Virus record (IMG/VR): IMGVR_UViG_3300027769_000001
Origin: an uncultured virus (IMG/VR IMGVR_UViG_3300027769_000001)
Lineage: Duplodnaviria > Heunggongvirae > Uroviricota > Caudoviricetes
Direction: 5' to 3' (one strand)
Length of the DNA: 64,000 bases
Made by a program: the position numbers and the translations under genes. The notes beneath the pieces were generated by a model that had not been told where the DNA came from, searched no databases, and saw only the letters and a program-made list of their open reading frames with translations. Every line of letters begins with the position of its first letter. Positions within the stretch are counted from its first letter, which is position 1. This document shows, in pieces, positions 1 to 9,737 of the stretch.

Positions 1-2
1 AT

Positions 3-821
3 ACTGGCATCTACAGCCCTGGCGCAGACCAACTGGCAGTAGCGACCAATGGGGTTCAGCGGCTGACGGTTGACACCGCAGCCACCACTTCAACCCTTCC
101 CGTTCTCCACCCTCTTGGTGCTGTTGCAACACCGAGCATCACCTTTACGGGTGACCTGAATACGGGATTCTGGAGTCCAACAGCAGACACGCTTGCCATA
201 TCAACGGCAGGTGAAGAGCGCCTGCGTATCACAGCAGCAGGACGCATGGGTATTGGCGCCTCCAGCCCTGGAGACTTGCTAGAAATCAACAGCACCACTG
301 CCGATACTGGACTCTACATCCGATCACGGGGAGCCAACAACAGGAAGGCTCACCTGTTCTTCCTGACACTAAACTCCATCGGCGGCAACACTGGTGGAAC
401 CATTTTCCACGACGGAAGCGGCCTCGCGTTCAACACTGGAACAAACACCACCGCCGAAGTCTTCCGCTTCGACGTAAGTGGCGTACGCTGCTACAACCAA
501 GCGGCGCCTGCCACTGGCAACGCAACTGGAACGCTGACCATCGCAAACCTCCGGACTGGCATCATCACCAGCACGTCAGCAGCAGCCACCGACCTAACGT
601 TGCCCACGGGCACTGACACCCAGGCCGGCTTCGGCACCACCTACGACAACTTCACCTTCGAGTGGAGCGTGATCAACACCGGACCGAGCCTGGTGCGCGT
701 TCTCGATAACGGCACCAGTCATGTCGTTGTTGGCTCCCGTTCTGTGGCCACGGGCACGTCCGCTCGCTTTGCCTCACGGCGTACAGCTGCCAACACTTTC
801 ACCGCCTACCGCTTGACGTAA
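3..821 (+). CDS. Tail fibre protein, C-terminal part (5' truncated by window)
   Basis: Frame is open from base 3 (TGIYSPGADQLAVAT...TGFWSPTADTLAISTAGEERLRI...GIG), repeats typical of phage fibres; the ORF track shows only 246..821. Confidence 0.8.
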   Translation, partial: TGIYSPGADQLAVATNGVQRLTVDTAATTSTLPVLHPLGAVATPSITFTGDLNTGFWSPTADTLAISTAGEERLRITAAGRMGIGASSPGDLLEINSTTADTGLYIRSRGANNRKAHLFFLTLNSIGGNTGGTIFHDGSGLAFNTGTNTTAEVFRFDVSGVRCYNQAAPATGNATGTLTIANLRTGIITSTSAAATDLTLPTGTDTQAGFGTTYDNFTFEWSVINTGPSLVRVLDNGTSHVVVGSRSVATGTSARFASRRTAANTFTAYRLT

Positions 822-864
822 TACACCGTATACCGTCTAAACTGCCCTCATCAATCACCGACTC

Positions 865-1191
865 ATGGCCACTAAAACACCTGTCACTGTCTTCACTTGG
901 AAAATCGCGCAACTTGAGCGCGAAACTGCTGACGGTTTTGTGTACGTCAGCCACTACACCGTGGACGCCAACGATGGCACCTATTCCGCCGGTGCCTACG
1001 GCAGTGCCGGCTTCCAGCGCCCCGAGAACCTGATCCCCTTCGCTGATCTCACCGAGGAGCTGCTGATCGCCTGGACGCAGGAAGCCATCGGAGGCGACGA
1101 AAAGGTTGCCGAGATCGAAGCCGCGCTCCAAGCTCAAATCGACGAGCAGCGGGCACCCAGCAAGGCTTCTGGGCTGCCGTGGGGAAAGTGA
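865..1191 (+). CDS. Conserved phage protein, probably tail-fibre associated
   Basis: FTWKIAQLERETADG...GLPW pattern commonly follows fibre genes in aquatic phages. Confidence 0.65.
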   Translation: MATKTPVTVFTWKIAQLERETADGFVYVSHYTVDANDGTYSAGAYGSAGFQRPENLIPFADLTEELLIAWTQEAIGGDEKVAEIEAALQAQIDEQRAPSKASGLPWGK

Positions 1192-1319
1192 CAGCGGGCA
1201 CGGAAACCGACACCGTCCTCGTCCGTGCCCGTAACGACCAAGGTCAGTTCGTCCCCGACAACCCCATTACCCAAGACACCGACGAAGCCTGGGTAGAGGT
1301 TCCCCTCGAAACCACCTAA
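1188..1319 (+). CDS. Small phage protein (43 aa)
   Basis: GTG start overlaps upstream stop; RARNDQGQFVPDNPITQDTDEAW motif. Confidence 0.55.
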   Translation: MTAGTETDTVLVRARNDQGQFVPDNPITQDTDEAWVEVPLETT

Positions 1320-1324
1320 CTCCT

Positions 1325-1462
1325 ATGGCAGTTCGCGCTAAAGCTGGGCTCAGCGGTACTACACCTAAAGAGCCCAAGCCTAAAACCACATCAATTGGTC
1401 AAGGCAGGCACTCGCGTCCCCGTAGGCGTGGGCGCAAACGACTGGTCGGTCAAGGTCGGTAG
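1325..1462 (+). CDS. Small basic phage protein (45 aa)
   Basis: MAVRAKAG...GQGRHSRPRRRGRKRLVGQGR, a K/R-rich peptide of a type seen in cyanophages. Confidence 0.6.
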   Translation: MAVRAKAGLSGTTPKEPKPKTTSIGQGRHSRPRRRGRKRLVGQGR

Positions 1463-1490
1463 CTACACTGCGAACGTAGCCACTGCTGCC

Positions 1491-1763
1491 ATGATCGAAG
1501 TCATCGCCGCAGTAGCCGGCGCGTCTATCTCAGTCGCAGCCATGGCCTCCATGGGCTTCTCGCGGAAAAATGACGAGGCGAGAGATGCTGTGGTGCGTTT
1601 AACTTCGGCCGTCGAGCACATAGCCCAGCAGCTGGAGATTCTGCATGGGGACATGCGCGAAGAAAGACGGGAGACCTTCGGCCGCCTCAATGGCGTCGAA
1701 CAGCGAGTCAGCAAGCTAGAAGCCAAGGACAGCTGGGCAGGTGAAGAGCGCCGCAAGCAATGA
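1491..1763 (+). CDS. Membrane-anchored coiled-coil protein, holin/hemolysin-like
   Basis: N-terminal hydrophobic segment then coiled coil (RLNGVEQRVSKLE); lies near the endolysin. Confidence 0.5.
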   Translation: MIEVIAAVAGASISVAAMASMGFSRKNDEARDAVVRLTSAVEHIAQQLEILHGDMREERRETFGRLNGVEQRVSKLEAKDSWAGEERRKQ

Positions 1764-1960
1764 ACTCCATCGTCGTTTCCACGTCCGACCTCGGTCAAGG
1801 CATCACCATAAACCAACTGGTCTCCGAGGACGGATCCATCTATTACAGGACCTGTAGGGGTGGTGTTTGCCGGTACTGCGAGGACGAATACGTCAGCCGC
1901 ATGTACGCCGTGCACATGGGCTACGACCCCCTCAATACAGCCACTGAGCGTACGGCGTAG
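1760..1960 (+). CDS. Hypothetical protein
   Basis: ATGA overlap with upstream gene; contains CRGGVCRYC. Confidence 0.5.
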   Translation: MNSIVVSTSDLGQGITINQLVSEDGSIYYRTCRGGVCRYCEDEYVSRMYAVHMGYDPLNTATERTA

Positions 1961-3116
1961 CCCCGCCTCCGGGCACAAAGCGCCCTCCAGATCTCGTATC
2001 CAGATGGACGAAACCCCGAGGACGCCCATCTCCCAAACCCCCAGTCCACCGAACTCGAATCCACTGGTAGAAGCTGTCCAGAGGCTTGTCAGATGGGTAC
2101 ACATCGAACGCCTCCCCACTCACGTGGCGCGAACCCCGCACACCGCCCACTTGAGCGTTGATCGGTTCTGGCCTGTAGAAGCTGGTCACACCCAGCGGGC
2201 GTCCCCAGGCATCCCGAATCTTCTGAAACTCCTGCGCAGTCTTCACAATCCGAGCCCGATCAGCTGACCCGGACGGAGGAGTCCTCCGCTTATCCCACTG
2301 CAGCACCTCACCCACCGTGAGGTTCTTTGTCACCAACGCGTTGAAATCGTTCCAATCGATCTCGGGAGCAGCTTCTGCTTTTGTGTCACCAACAACGCGC
2401 CAATGGGGTTGCCAGATGAACCACGTGCCCGCCCCGTGCGCCAATACAACCTGCGCATGCGAATCAGCCGGCACCTCCACCAGCTCAGCCACTCCGTACT
2501 TCTGACCGGCTGGCACATGCAACACGTCGTTTTCCCCGAGATCGGAAGCCTGCTCTGGCTTCTTTTTCAGGGCCGTCTCCTGCCTAGTCTCGATCTGCAT
2601 AGTGGCAGGCTTGGATTCCTGTGTCTCACTGTGAGACTGCGCGTTGGTCGAAGCCTTTTCATTCATCAACTTGATCAACTTATGTGCATACTGCGGATCT
2701 GTTGCATACCCCTCTACAACAAGCAACTTAGCCGCGTCTTCCCGATTGGTCGCATGATTAACACCTTTATGCGATTTCCAATCTTTGTACCAGCGTTCAA
2801 CCAGGTAATTAACGCAGTTACCTAGAGATTCAAAATCTAAAAAAGAATCCCGTACAGTAACAAACTCACCGTTCACAAACTCTTGCGTGTTCGTCGAAGT
2901 ACCAGCGCCTTTCAGCCCAAAGTAATTGTGCTTACCTGAAGTCTCTTTACCCCAGCCGCTCTCGAGCGCCCACTGCGCCGCCACAAGTTCGGGATACTTT
3001 GCCCCTGCTGCTCGGGCCGCCTGTAGCACACCATCCCAAGTGTTCGCATACCCCCGAGAACGAGAAGCCATAAAACCAACCGCGAAGCGGCGACGAGTCT
3101 TGTTCAGTTTACCCAA
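1932..3116 (-). CDS. Endolysin: N-terminal glucosaminidase (GH73/FlgJ-like) plus C-terminal peptidase M15A
   Basis: AAQWALESGWG, NYFGLK, GYATDPQY (GH73); TSFYRP..N..VGG...SRHVSGEAFD, FVHLDTR (M15). Confidence 0.88.
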   Translation of the reverse strand: MGKLNKTRRRFAVGFMASRSRGYANTWDGVLQAARAAGAKYPELVAAQWALESGWGKETSGKHNYFGLKGAGTSTNTQEFVNGEFVTVRDSFLDFESLGNCVNYLVERWYKDWKSHKGVNHATNREDAAKLLVVEGYATDPQYAHKLIKLMNEKASTNAQSHSETQESKPATMQIETRQETALKKKPEQASDLGENDVLHVPAGQKYGVAELVEVPADSHAQVVLAHGAGTWFIWQPHWRVVGDTKAEAAPEIDWNDFNALVTKNLTVGEVLQWDKRRTPPSGSADRARIVKTAQEFQKIRDAWGRPLGVTSFYRPEPINAQVGGVRGSRHVSGEAFDVYPSDKPLDSFYQWIRVRWTGGLGDGRPRGFVHLDTRSGGRFVPGGGATPYAQWLY

Positions 3117-3339
3117 TACGGTCTCTGACGCTTTTCCAATAATTATCCTCTGCTTTTGTTTCCCAATTGCGCAGCTGCGAAATCCTAGAACTTTTGCGTG
3201 CCTGTTTTTTCTTCAAATTCCAGTCATAAAAAAATTGGGCATCCTCTACCAAGCGGTAAAGGAGCCCATTAGGTAACCGTTCTGCGAGACGCGTAAGCCG
3301 AGCCAACAACTTAGAACGCGTGTCGCAGTCTGCCATCAA
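3109..3339 (-). CDS. Hypothetical protein
   Basis: 76-aa ORF overlapping both neighbours in the operon. Confidence 0.55.
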   Translation of the reverse strand: MMADCDTRSKLLARLTRLAERLPNGLLYRLVEDAQFFYDWNLKKKQARKSSRISQLRNWETKAEDNYWKSVRDRIG

Positions 3340-3710
3340 GCTGCCAGAGCCTTGCTTTTGGGCTTGGTCACCTGAGCGCCTTTAGGGACAAGGCGGATCG
3401 CGTCGTCCTCGATCACGATGTCGAGCACGTCACCGGGCTCCACACCGAACTTTTCCGAGTACGTCTTACCCACCAGAATCACCCCGTTCCGGTGAACGGT
3501 TGTCGCAAACTGCGCGATTTTACCTGGGCGCTTCCCGCTCTTAATGGATACCCCCTTAGCTTCCAGCAGTGCTTCGCACATCTGTTTGGTCAGCAGCCGT
3601 TCCTTACCTCCGTCGGTAATGCGGTAGTAACCAGCAGCTTTAGCTAGCTCAGCCTGGTCCAGCTGGGAGTTCGAATCGACAAAAGAAAGCAGTTCCTGTC
3701 CTGTGAGCAT
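3336..3710 (-). CDS. Cyanobacterial-type AbrB-like transcriptional regulator
   Basis: MLTGQELL...LAKAAGY...EALLEAKG...VHRNGVILVGKTY...PGD...IRL matches the cyAbrB pattern. Confidence 0.8.
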   Translation of the reverse strand: MLTGQELLSFVDSNSQLDQAELAKAAGYYRITDGGKERLLTKQMCEALLEAKGVSIKSGKRPGKIAQFATTVHRNGVILVGKTYSEKFGVEPGDVLDIVIEDDAIRLVPKGAQVTKPKSKALAA

Positions 3711-3744
3711 CGGTAGTAAAACGGTGCTGTCATATCCTACACCA

Positions 3745-5691
3745 CTACTTCGCGTCTGCCCATGTATCACCGGATGAAGCTTCCGCGACAATAGGCACTT
3801 GGCTACAAACTACTGCACCAGCTGCTTCCATGGCCGCTGCCAGCTTAGTTTTCCACTTATCTACAGCCGCTTCTTCCACCTCAAGCACAATCTCGTCATG
3901 CACCATGGCGATCAGTACCGCCTCTCCCTTAGTAGCTTCTTTAATATCTTTCCATACCATCGCAATAGCAATTTTAGCAATATCGCCGGCTGTTCCCTGA
4001 ACTTGTGTATTGATTCTAGTAGTGTACTTATCGTTAAATCCTTTTAATAATCTTCTGCGTCCATACCTAGTAAACACACCTTCAGTACGCTTGTTACCTT
4101 CCTCTGTTTGCCACTTATACAGTTGGGGATACGCTTCTCTAAATCCTTCCACCAACTGCTGAGCATACGTTAATTCCATATCTATTCCGTACTGAGCAAC
4201 AGCCTGTTTCTTCAGAGTAACAGCACCTGCCCCATACAAAAGTCCAAAATTACATAGCTTAGCCGATGTTCTCTCGCTTTTCGTAATCTCACTAGCATCC
4301 TTACCGGTAATAAGTGCGGCGGTCTCGGTGTGCAAATCGCGTCCCGCCCTATATGCAGCCAGCATGCGCTCCTCTCCGGATAACTCTGCCGCCACACGCA
4401 GCTCCACTTGACTAAAGTCCGCCACAACCAAGTTGTAACCATCCCGAGCGCGGAACAGTCTCCGAAACTCTGCTTCCCGCGGCACTTGCTGAAGATTTGG
4501 CGTTGAACAACTAAGCCTTCCTGTCTCCGTGCCCATCTGCCTGTAGTTGGCATGGATCCGCCCATCCGGTCCTACCGACTCACGCAGTTTCTCAACGTGA
4601 GATACACGAGTCGCAGCTGTCTTCCACGCCATGTACATATCCACGAGCTCGTACGTGTGTCGCAGGAACGCCAGCAAATTCTGGTCCAGGCTCGGTTCCC
4701 CCTTTTCGTCCCGGGGCAGAAGTATCCCAGCTTGCTCAAACCGCTCCGCCATCTGCTTAGGCGACCTCGGATTAAATCCCTTGCGCATCTTTGTACCCAA
4801 TCTCACCGAACCTGAGTCCTTCTCCCGTGTATTGAACCCTGTACCTTCGCGCGGCAACCACACGGAGGGGTTGTTTGGATTCTCACGTTGGATTGCTGCA
4901 TCTAGCGCTTCGAGAAAGCTATTCTTCAACGTCTCGACTTTATCGTTCAATGAAATTTCTAACTTCGCAGCCGCAGCATCATCAAACCCAAAGCCGTTCC
5001 ATTGCATAAATGCAATAGGCCGCAGCGCTTTCATCTCCAACTCAAATACGTCCCACAACGACACCGAGGACGTAAGCGTCTGAAGTTGTAACGATTCCTT
5101 AAGTTTTGGAGCTAGCAACGGTAGGCATGCCGCATCTCGTGCTGCGTACTGGAGCATCTCTTCGCTGATCTTCCCGTCCCAATCGGCCTTCTGCAGCTCC
5201 TTGGGTAGTTCCACATTCAGTTGACGCCTGACAATGCTGCCTAGGTCGTTCTTCCCACCGCTGCCGTTGCCCACGATCTTGGCGGCCACCATGGTGTCAA
5301 AAAGCGGCCCCCCGAGCTCTATGCCCTCTCCTCGCAAGAAGTTCAAGTCAAAGGCCGCGTTCTGCAGAACCTTGAGCACAGGGCCCTGCAGCAGCGCGCG
5401 CAGCTCACGCAAGCCCGACCTCTGCCAGTCCACCTGGCGTTCTTCACCCTCACGCCACGCAGCCAGATCCACCACAAGGGCGTAGTCGCAAGACGCGACC
5501 TGAATGAGACGCACGCGATTCACGAGCGGATCAAGCCCCGTGGTCTCTGTATCCACGCCCAGAACGTTTGCGGATTCTCCGAGCTCGGTTAGGCGCCGTT
5601 GCAACAGCGTTACATGCTGCGGCCCGGCGATGAAGTCAAAGTCGACGTTTGCCAAAGCCCGCCGGTATTGCAGTGTGGCATTTGACGGCAT
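3745..5691 (-). CDS. polA: DNA polymerase, family A, with 3'-5' exonuclease
   Basis: Exo DTETTGL, NAAFD, YAARD; TGRLS..PNLQQ, ADFSQVELR, AKLCNFGLLYG (Phe at the E. coli 762 position), VHDEI. Confidence 0.95.
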   Translation of the reverse strand: MPSNATLQYRRALANVDFDFIAGPQHVTLLQRRLTELGESANVLGVDTETTGLDPLVNRVRLIQVASCDYALVVDLAAWREGEERQVDWQRSGLRELRALLQGPVLKVLQNAAFDLNFLRGEGIELGGPLFDTMVAAKIVGNGSGGKNDLGSIVRRQLNVELPKELQKADWDGKISEEMLQYAARDAACLPLLAPKLKESLQLQTLTSSVSLWDVFELEMKALRPIAFMQWNGFGFDDAAAAKLEISLNDKVETLKNSFLEALDAAIQRENPNNPSVWLPREGTGFNTREKDSGSVRLGTKMRKGFNPRSPKQMAERFEQAGILLPRDEKGEPSLDQNLLAFLRHTYELVDMYMAWKTAATRVSHVEKLRESVGPDGRIHANYRQMGTETGRLSCSTPNLQQVPREAEFRRLFRARDGYNLVVADFSQVELRVAAELSGEERMLAAYRAGRDLHTETAALITGKDASEITKSERTSAKLCNFGLLYGAGAVTLKKQAVAQYGIDMELTYAQQLVEGFREAYPQLYKWQTEEGNKRTEGVFTRYGRRRLLKGFNDKYTTRINTQVQGTAGDIAKIAIAMVWKDIKEATKGEAVLIAMVHDEIVLEVEEAAVDKWKTKLAAAMEAAGAVVCSQVPIVAEASSGDTWADAK

Positions 5692-5714
5692 AATTGCTTA
5701 GATGCGGTAAGTGG

Positions 5715-5900
5715 ATGGACAAGCTCTCCCTCAGCTTTGCGCAAGAGACAGCGATAAGACAGATCGATGACTGTACAAATATAGCAGAGTTAAAAGCCCT
5801 AACAAAAAGCTTGATGAAGTCTCACTTTGAGTCTAGGGCCTTCATCGCGCAACTGCTGTTGCGTGACCTACCCAACATTAAAAACGTCGAGCTCCCCTGA
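5715..5900 (+). CDS. Hypothetical protein
   Basis: Short helical ORF between two minus-strand genes. Confidence 0.45.
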   Translation: MDKLSLSFAQETAIRQIDDCTNIAELKALTKSLMKSHFESRAFIAQLLLRDLPNIKNVELP

Positions 5901-5905
5901 CCGGC

Positions 5906-8614
5906 TCACCAATCAGTGGGATAGGGCTCCGCCTCCCAGCAGGTCGGCCCATCCTCGGGCTCCTCGCGCGCGTGCGCGCGTGTAGTGCCTGTGGGCGTGT
6001 CTTCTGTCCGCACTGCCCCGAGATCGCTCTCGGTGACTGGATTCTTGGTGCGGACAGATTTCTGCGTGTCCGCACTGAATTCCGGTTCGACCGCCCGCGA
6101 CTCCGGTAGAGGTGCGCCAGGCTCGGTGATCGCCTCTTCAGTGCGGACAAACTCTTTCATGTCCGCACCGATGTCCGCACTAGATCCCTTGCCCTGGAAG
6201 AACTCTGGGGTAGGTGCGGACAAAAGACACGAATTTAGAGACAACGCACGCGAGGTTCTGTAGATCAAGGGTGCCTGCCCTTTGTCGCTGCGGGCACTTT
6301 CCTTAGTCATCAACCCGTCCTCCACCCATCGCTCCAGCCACCTCCCTACGGTCTTCTTGGATGGCACCCGAGCACGGTCCCCACGCGCCCCCTGCACGAG
6401 CCCCAGGAGCTCCCGCCACACCTCTTCCCTCGTCAGCCCCACCCGAGCCCGCTCTGCCGCCTCCTGGTCCTTGCAGCCCCGCTTGACGATGTCGAGCACC
6501 AGGGTGAACGGATCAGCATCGCCCTGCCCCTCGTCCTCCATCCGCACCGTCGGGGTGTAGTCGTCCACCGAGTACGCAAAGTTCTCATCGCGCGTCACCT
6601 TGAGCAGATCCCCCTCCCGACCAGCCCGGCTCTTCTTGATCTGAATCATCCGCACCGAGGACGCTGTCTCTCCCCGTTCACGCAGCGCATCCCGCTCCTC
6701 GTCCTTGAGCTTCCGCAGGTGCCACTGCTCATCGACGGCATTGATCAGGTACCGGTTGCCCCGCACCTCCCCGTTGGCGTTGTCGTGGTGGATCCAGATG
6801 ATCGAGCACGCCGGGAAGCCATCCTCCGCTGGGCTGCCGTTGGCCTCGTTGTACCAGTAGAGCGGTGTGGCAAAAGCCTTCTCAATCTCCGAGACCTGCA
6901 TCCGGCTCGAGCACGATCCGATGGAATCCACCACGACCAGCACCGGCTTGTACTTCCGCACCCAATCCGCGAACTCCCGCATGTGGTTGATCTGGAACCC
7001 ACGGATCACGCGGAAGTTGGGATCTGCCGGATCAATGTCGTTGTCCTGCAGATCCCGCTTGAGCTTCGCCAGCGTCTGGTCCGACTGAATCCACAGCACA
7101 GGACCCTGCACCACATTCACGTCGATGCCCCGCACCCGCATAGGACGCCCGCTGAGCACTGCCTTGGCTAGGCCTAGGCACGCCGAGGTCTTCCCTACCC
7201 CACCAGAGGCGTGCAGGATCACCTGGCCCGGCCTCACGAGCAGGTTCGGAATCACGTAGTTCTGGTCGTCCACCTCGTCGAACCACCGCGCCGCTGCGTT
7301 CTGGCTGTCCGCCGACTTCTTGTAGCGGTACTCCCCGAGGGCGGACTCACAGTCCTTGCCGTTCATCCGCCGGCCGGTTTCGTTCGCCAGCTGTGCCATG
7401 CGGTCCGAACGAACAGACGGATTCCGCTCGGTGTCGTAGATGCGCCCCAGCTCCTCGAAGAACTCCACCGAGGACATCCGCACCTGCGGAACCTCTTTCT
7501 GGACCTGTGCCCTCGCGTCTTCGGGGTAGTTGAAACCGAGCTTCCCGGCTATCTCCGCCACGTAGCGCTCGAGGTCTGGCCCCTGCGGACGCTCCGCATA
7601 CAGATCCCCCACAGTGGTCTTGTGGATGAAATCGAGTACGTCACCACCAACTCCGCAGGCTTTGCAGTCCCAGCACCCCGATGTCATGGAGTATTGGAAG
7701 CTGGTACCGCTCTTTCCGCCGTGCCAGGGGCAGCCGCTCATGCCCTGCGGGTTGTCCCCAGCGCGCTCCTTCCATCCGTACTTGTCAAAGGTCGGGTGGT
7801 TAAACACCAAATCCGCCAACCGAGGCCGCAGCATCTTCTGCACCTCCTCTTTGAAGAACCAGCCGCGGATCTGCCGGCTAGGGATAGCCGTCTCCCCGAG
7901 CTCGGCATCAAGAGCTTTCTGGTCTGCATCGCTGAGCCACTGCACCGGCTTGCGAAAGCTGCGCAGCACATCGAGCACCCACTCAGGTACCAATTCGACT
8001 TTGCCGCCGTTGTAGTTCAGCCACCGGTAAGGCTTTTTGGTGTCTGGATGTGGACTGCCAGGCACCACGCTTTGGCACTGGTTGAAACGGAGCACGACCT
8101 CCTCGTACGGTTGCGTGTCGGAGGCCTCCCCTTGCTTGGTATGGCGCTCCACATCGCTGTGCCCCAACCGCCACACTCCGTCCTGCCGCAAAATCAGCGT
8201 CTTGACGTGCCGCAGCTCGGCAACAAGCGAGGCCGGAACCCTGTACAGCAGCTGCCGGCGTCCAGGCTTACCTGAAGTCCACGACATTGTGCGCTCTGCG
8301 CCGTAGGCGTCGTAGCCCTGCGCTGCTGCACTCGCGTAGCGCGCGTCGGCCGCGAGTCCGTCGATGTCGAGAGCGATAAGCCCCCCGCTGAACTCGCCGG
8401 TAACCACCCCGAGACCGTGGTAGCCCGAGTTCGCCTTATAGGCCCGCTCACACAGGTCCCGGCTGAGCGGTTTTGTACTCCATTCCTTGACAAAAGTCGC
8501 TTTACCGGCTACCGGAACAAATGTCCACCAATCAGGGAAGACATTATTCCGCAGCAATTCGATGGCCGGACCGTTGAGCTGGTCTAAGCCACTTGCACTT
8601 GACGTGTTTTCCAT
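5906..8614 (-). CDS. Primase-polymerase / zinc-finger / AAA helicase fusion
   Basis: GLGVVTG..LIALDIDG and SVVPGSPHP (prim-pol); CPWH..CKAC zinc finger; Walker A ASGGVGKT, Walker B VVVDS, IHH. Confidence 0.88.
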   Translation of the reverse strand: MENTSSASGLDQLNGPAIELLRNNVFPDWWTFVPVAGKATFVKEWSTKPLSRDLCERAYKANSGYHGLGVVTGEFSGGLIALDIDGLAADARYASAAAQGYDAYGAERTMSWTSGKPGRRQLLYRVPASLVAELRHVKTLILRQDGVWRLGHSDVERHTKQGEASDTQPYEEVVLRFNQCQSVVPGSPHPDTKKPYRWLNYNGGKVELVPEWVLDVLRSFRKPVQWLSDADQKALDAELGETAIPSRQIRGWFFKEEVQKMLRPRLADLVFNHPTFDKYGWKERAGDNPQGMSGCPWHGGKSGTSFQYSMTSGCWDCKACGVGGDVLDFIHKTTVGDLYAERPQGPDLERYVAEIAGKLGFNYPEDARAQVQKEVPQVRMSSVEFFEELGRIYDTERNPSVRSDRMAQLANETGRRMNGKDCESALGEYRYKKSADSQNAAARWFDEVDDQNYVIPNLLVRPGQVILHASGGVGKTSACLGLAKAVLSGRPMRVRGIDVNVVQGPVLWIQSDQTLAKLKRDLQDNDIDPADPNFRVIRGFQINHMREFADWVRKYKPVLVVVDSIGSCSSRMQVSEIEKAFATPLYWYNEANGSPAEDGFPACSIIWIHHDNANGEVRGNRYLINAVDEQWHLRKLKDEERDALRERGETASSVRMIQIKKSRAGREGDLLKVTRDENFAYSVDDYTPTVRMEDEGQGDADPFTLVLDIVKRGCKDQEAAERARVGLTREEVWRELLGLVQGARGDRARVPSKKTVGRWLERWVEDGLMTKESARSDKGQAPLIYRTSRALSLNSCLLSAPTPEFFQGKGSSADIGADMKEFVRTEEAITEPGAPLPESRAVEPEFSADTQKSVRTKNPVTESDLGAVRTEDTPTGTTRAHAREEPEDGPTCWEAEPYPTDW
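6005..6222. repeat. Seven copies of TGTCCGCAC in both orientations within the primase gene 3' end (iteron-like)
   Basis: Forward at 6005, 6067, 6160, 6172; reverse at 6048, 6141, 6214. Confidence 0.85.
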
Positions 8615-8642
8615 TACTATTTGGGGCAACTGAAGACCACAT

Positions 8643-8672
8643 AGCCCTCCGCCGACTGGTGGGGGGCTTTTT
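8643..8672 (+). terminator. Intrinsic terminator-like hairpin
   Basis: AGCCCTCCGCC/GGTGGGGGGCT stem followed by a T tract. Confidence 0.5.
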
Positions 8673-8771
8673 ATTGGCCGTGGTTCACCGTAACCGGCCC
8701 GCTAAAACCCCGCAACGTATCCGCGTAAGTCTCATAAGAATCACTGGTTATTGCGAGTTTGCTCGGATGCC

Positions 8772-8800
8772 TTGACAACGCGCCTACGTTCCCCCATCAT
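8772..8800 (+). promoter_or_regulatory. Sigma70-type promoter candidate
   Basis: TTGACA-17 nt-CATCAT upstream of the SSB-like operon. Confidence 0.5.
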
Positions 8801-8923
8801 TGGCATGCGAGACCGAACTCAACGCTCTGGTTTCCGGCACTACATCCACTATTCACGGGATACCGCCGTATAGCCATGCTAAAGGCCGCCTCGCTTCATT
8901 ACTCCGACTTAGGACACCGTCAC

Positions 8924-9454
8924 ATGACATTTCTTTCAGCTGAATCCATCAATGAAATCGCAAAAGAGTCCACAGGCTCTGGTCGCTATCTGAATCCCTC
9001 TAAGATTGAAGGAGAAGTCCGCGTCCGCTTTTTCGGTACCGGAATCACCGGCTGGGAAGCCTGGACAACGGACAACAAGCCTGTCCGCTGGGAAAGCAAG
9101 CCCGAGAATCTTCCGGAGAACATCCGGGAACAAGCAGGGTTTCAAACTATCAAGCGTTTCATTGCAGGCGTTGTCTACGATTACAGCTCCAACGACTTCA
9201 AAGTCCTTCAGATCACACAGAAGACTTTGATGGACAGTCTGTTCACTTTCATGAAAGACGAGGAGTACGGTGATCCAACCAGTTACGACGTTAAAATTAG
9301 TAAAACTGGTGAAGGCAAAAAGACTGAGTACAGCCTGGTAGCCGCTCCACCAAAAGCAGTCAAGGCGGACATCCAAGCTCGCTACGACGAGCTCGACTGC
9401 GATGTTTCCCGCCTCTTTGATGGCGGCGATCCTTTTACCGCATCTACCAACTGA
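8924..9454 (+). CDS. Putative single-stranded DNA-binding protein
   Basis: YGDPTSYDVKISKTGEGKKTEY, acidic/aromatic C-terminus (FDGGDPF), replication context. Confidence 0.6.
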   Translation: MTFLSAESINEIAKESTGSGRYLNPSKIEGEVRVRFFGTGITGWEAWTTDNKPVRWESKPENLPENIREQAGFQTIKRFIAGVVYDYSSNDFKVLQITQKTLMDSLFTFMKDEEYGDPTSYDVKISKTGEGKKTEYSLVAAPPKAVKADIQARYDELDCDVSRLFDGGDPFTASTN

Positions 9455-9467
9455 CCACTAAGTTAGC

Positions 9468-9493
9468 GGGGGGCTTAATTGCCCCCCTTTTTT
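9468..9493 (+). terminator. Intrinsic terminator
   Basis: GGGGGGC-TTAATT-GCCCCCC followed by T6. Confidence 0.8.
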
Positions 9494-9503
9494 AACATAC
9501 GTA

Positions 9504-9737
9504 ATGGACACCACAAAACTGCTAGGCCGCAACATTCGCTTTCACTTGTTTCGCACACAAGCCAAGCTCAAGGACGTAGCCGAATCCGCTGGCATGTCCG
9601 CCTATTCGCTAGGGCGTTTGGCCAGTGGTAGAACCAAACTGATCGACCCCAACGTGCTCACCGATCTCATGCGCGTCTTCGGGTGTGACGCCAACGCACT
9701 GCTCCTCCCCATCGAGGGCGTTCCTTATGACAGCTGA
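9504..9737 (+). CDS. XRE/Cro-type HTH protein
   Basis: LKDVAESAGMSAYSLGRLASG..L..VFGC. Confidence 0.8.
   Translation: MDTTKLLGRNIRFHLFRTQAKLKDVAESAGMSAYSLGRLASGRTKLIDPNVLTDLMRVFGCDANALLLPIEGVPYDS

Noticed and set aside
3660..3690. GTTCGAATC resembling a tRNA T-loop
   Set aside because: Lies inside the AbrB CDS with no cloverleaf around it
7211..8275. 354-aa plus-strand ORF
   Set aside because: Antisense shadow of the primase-helicase gene
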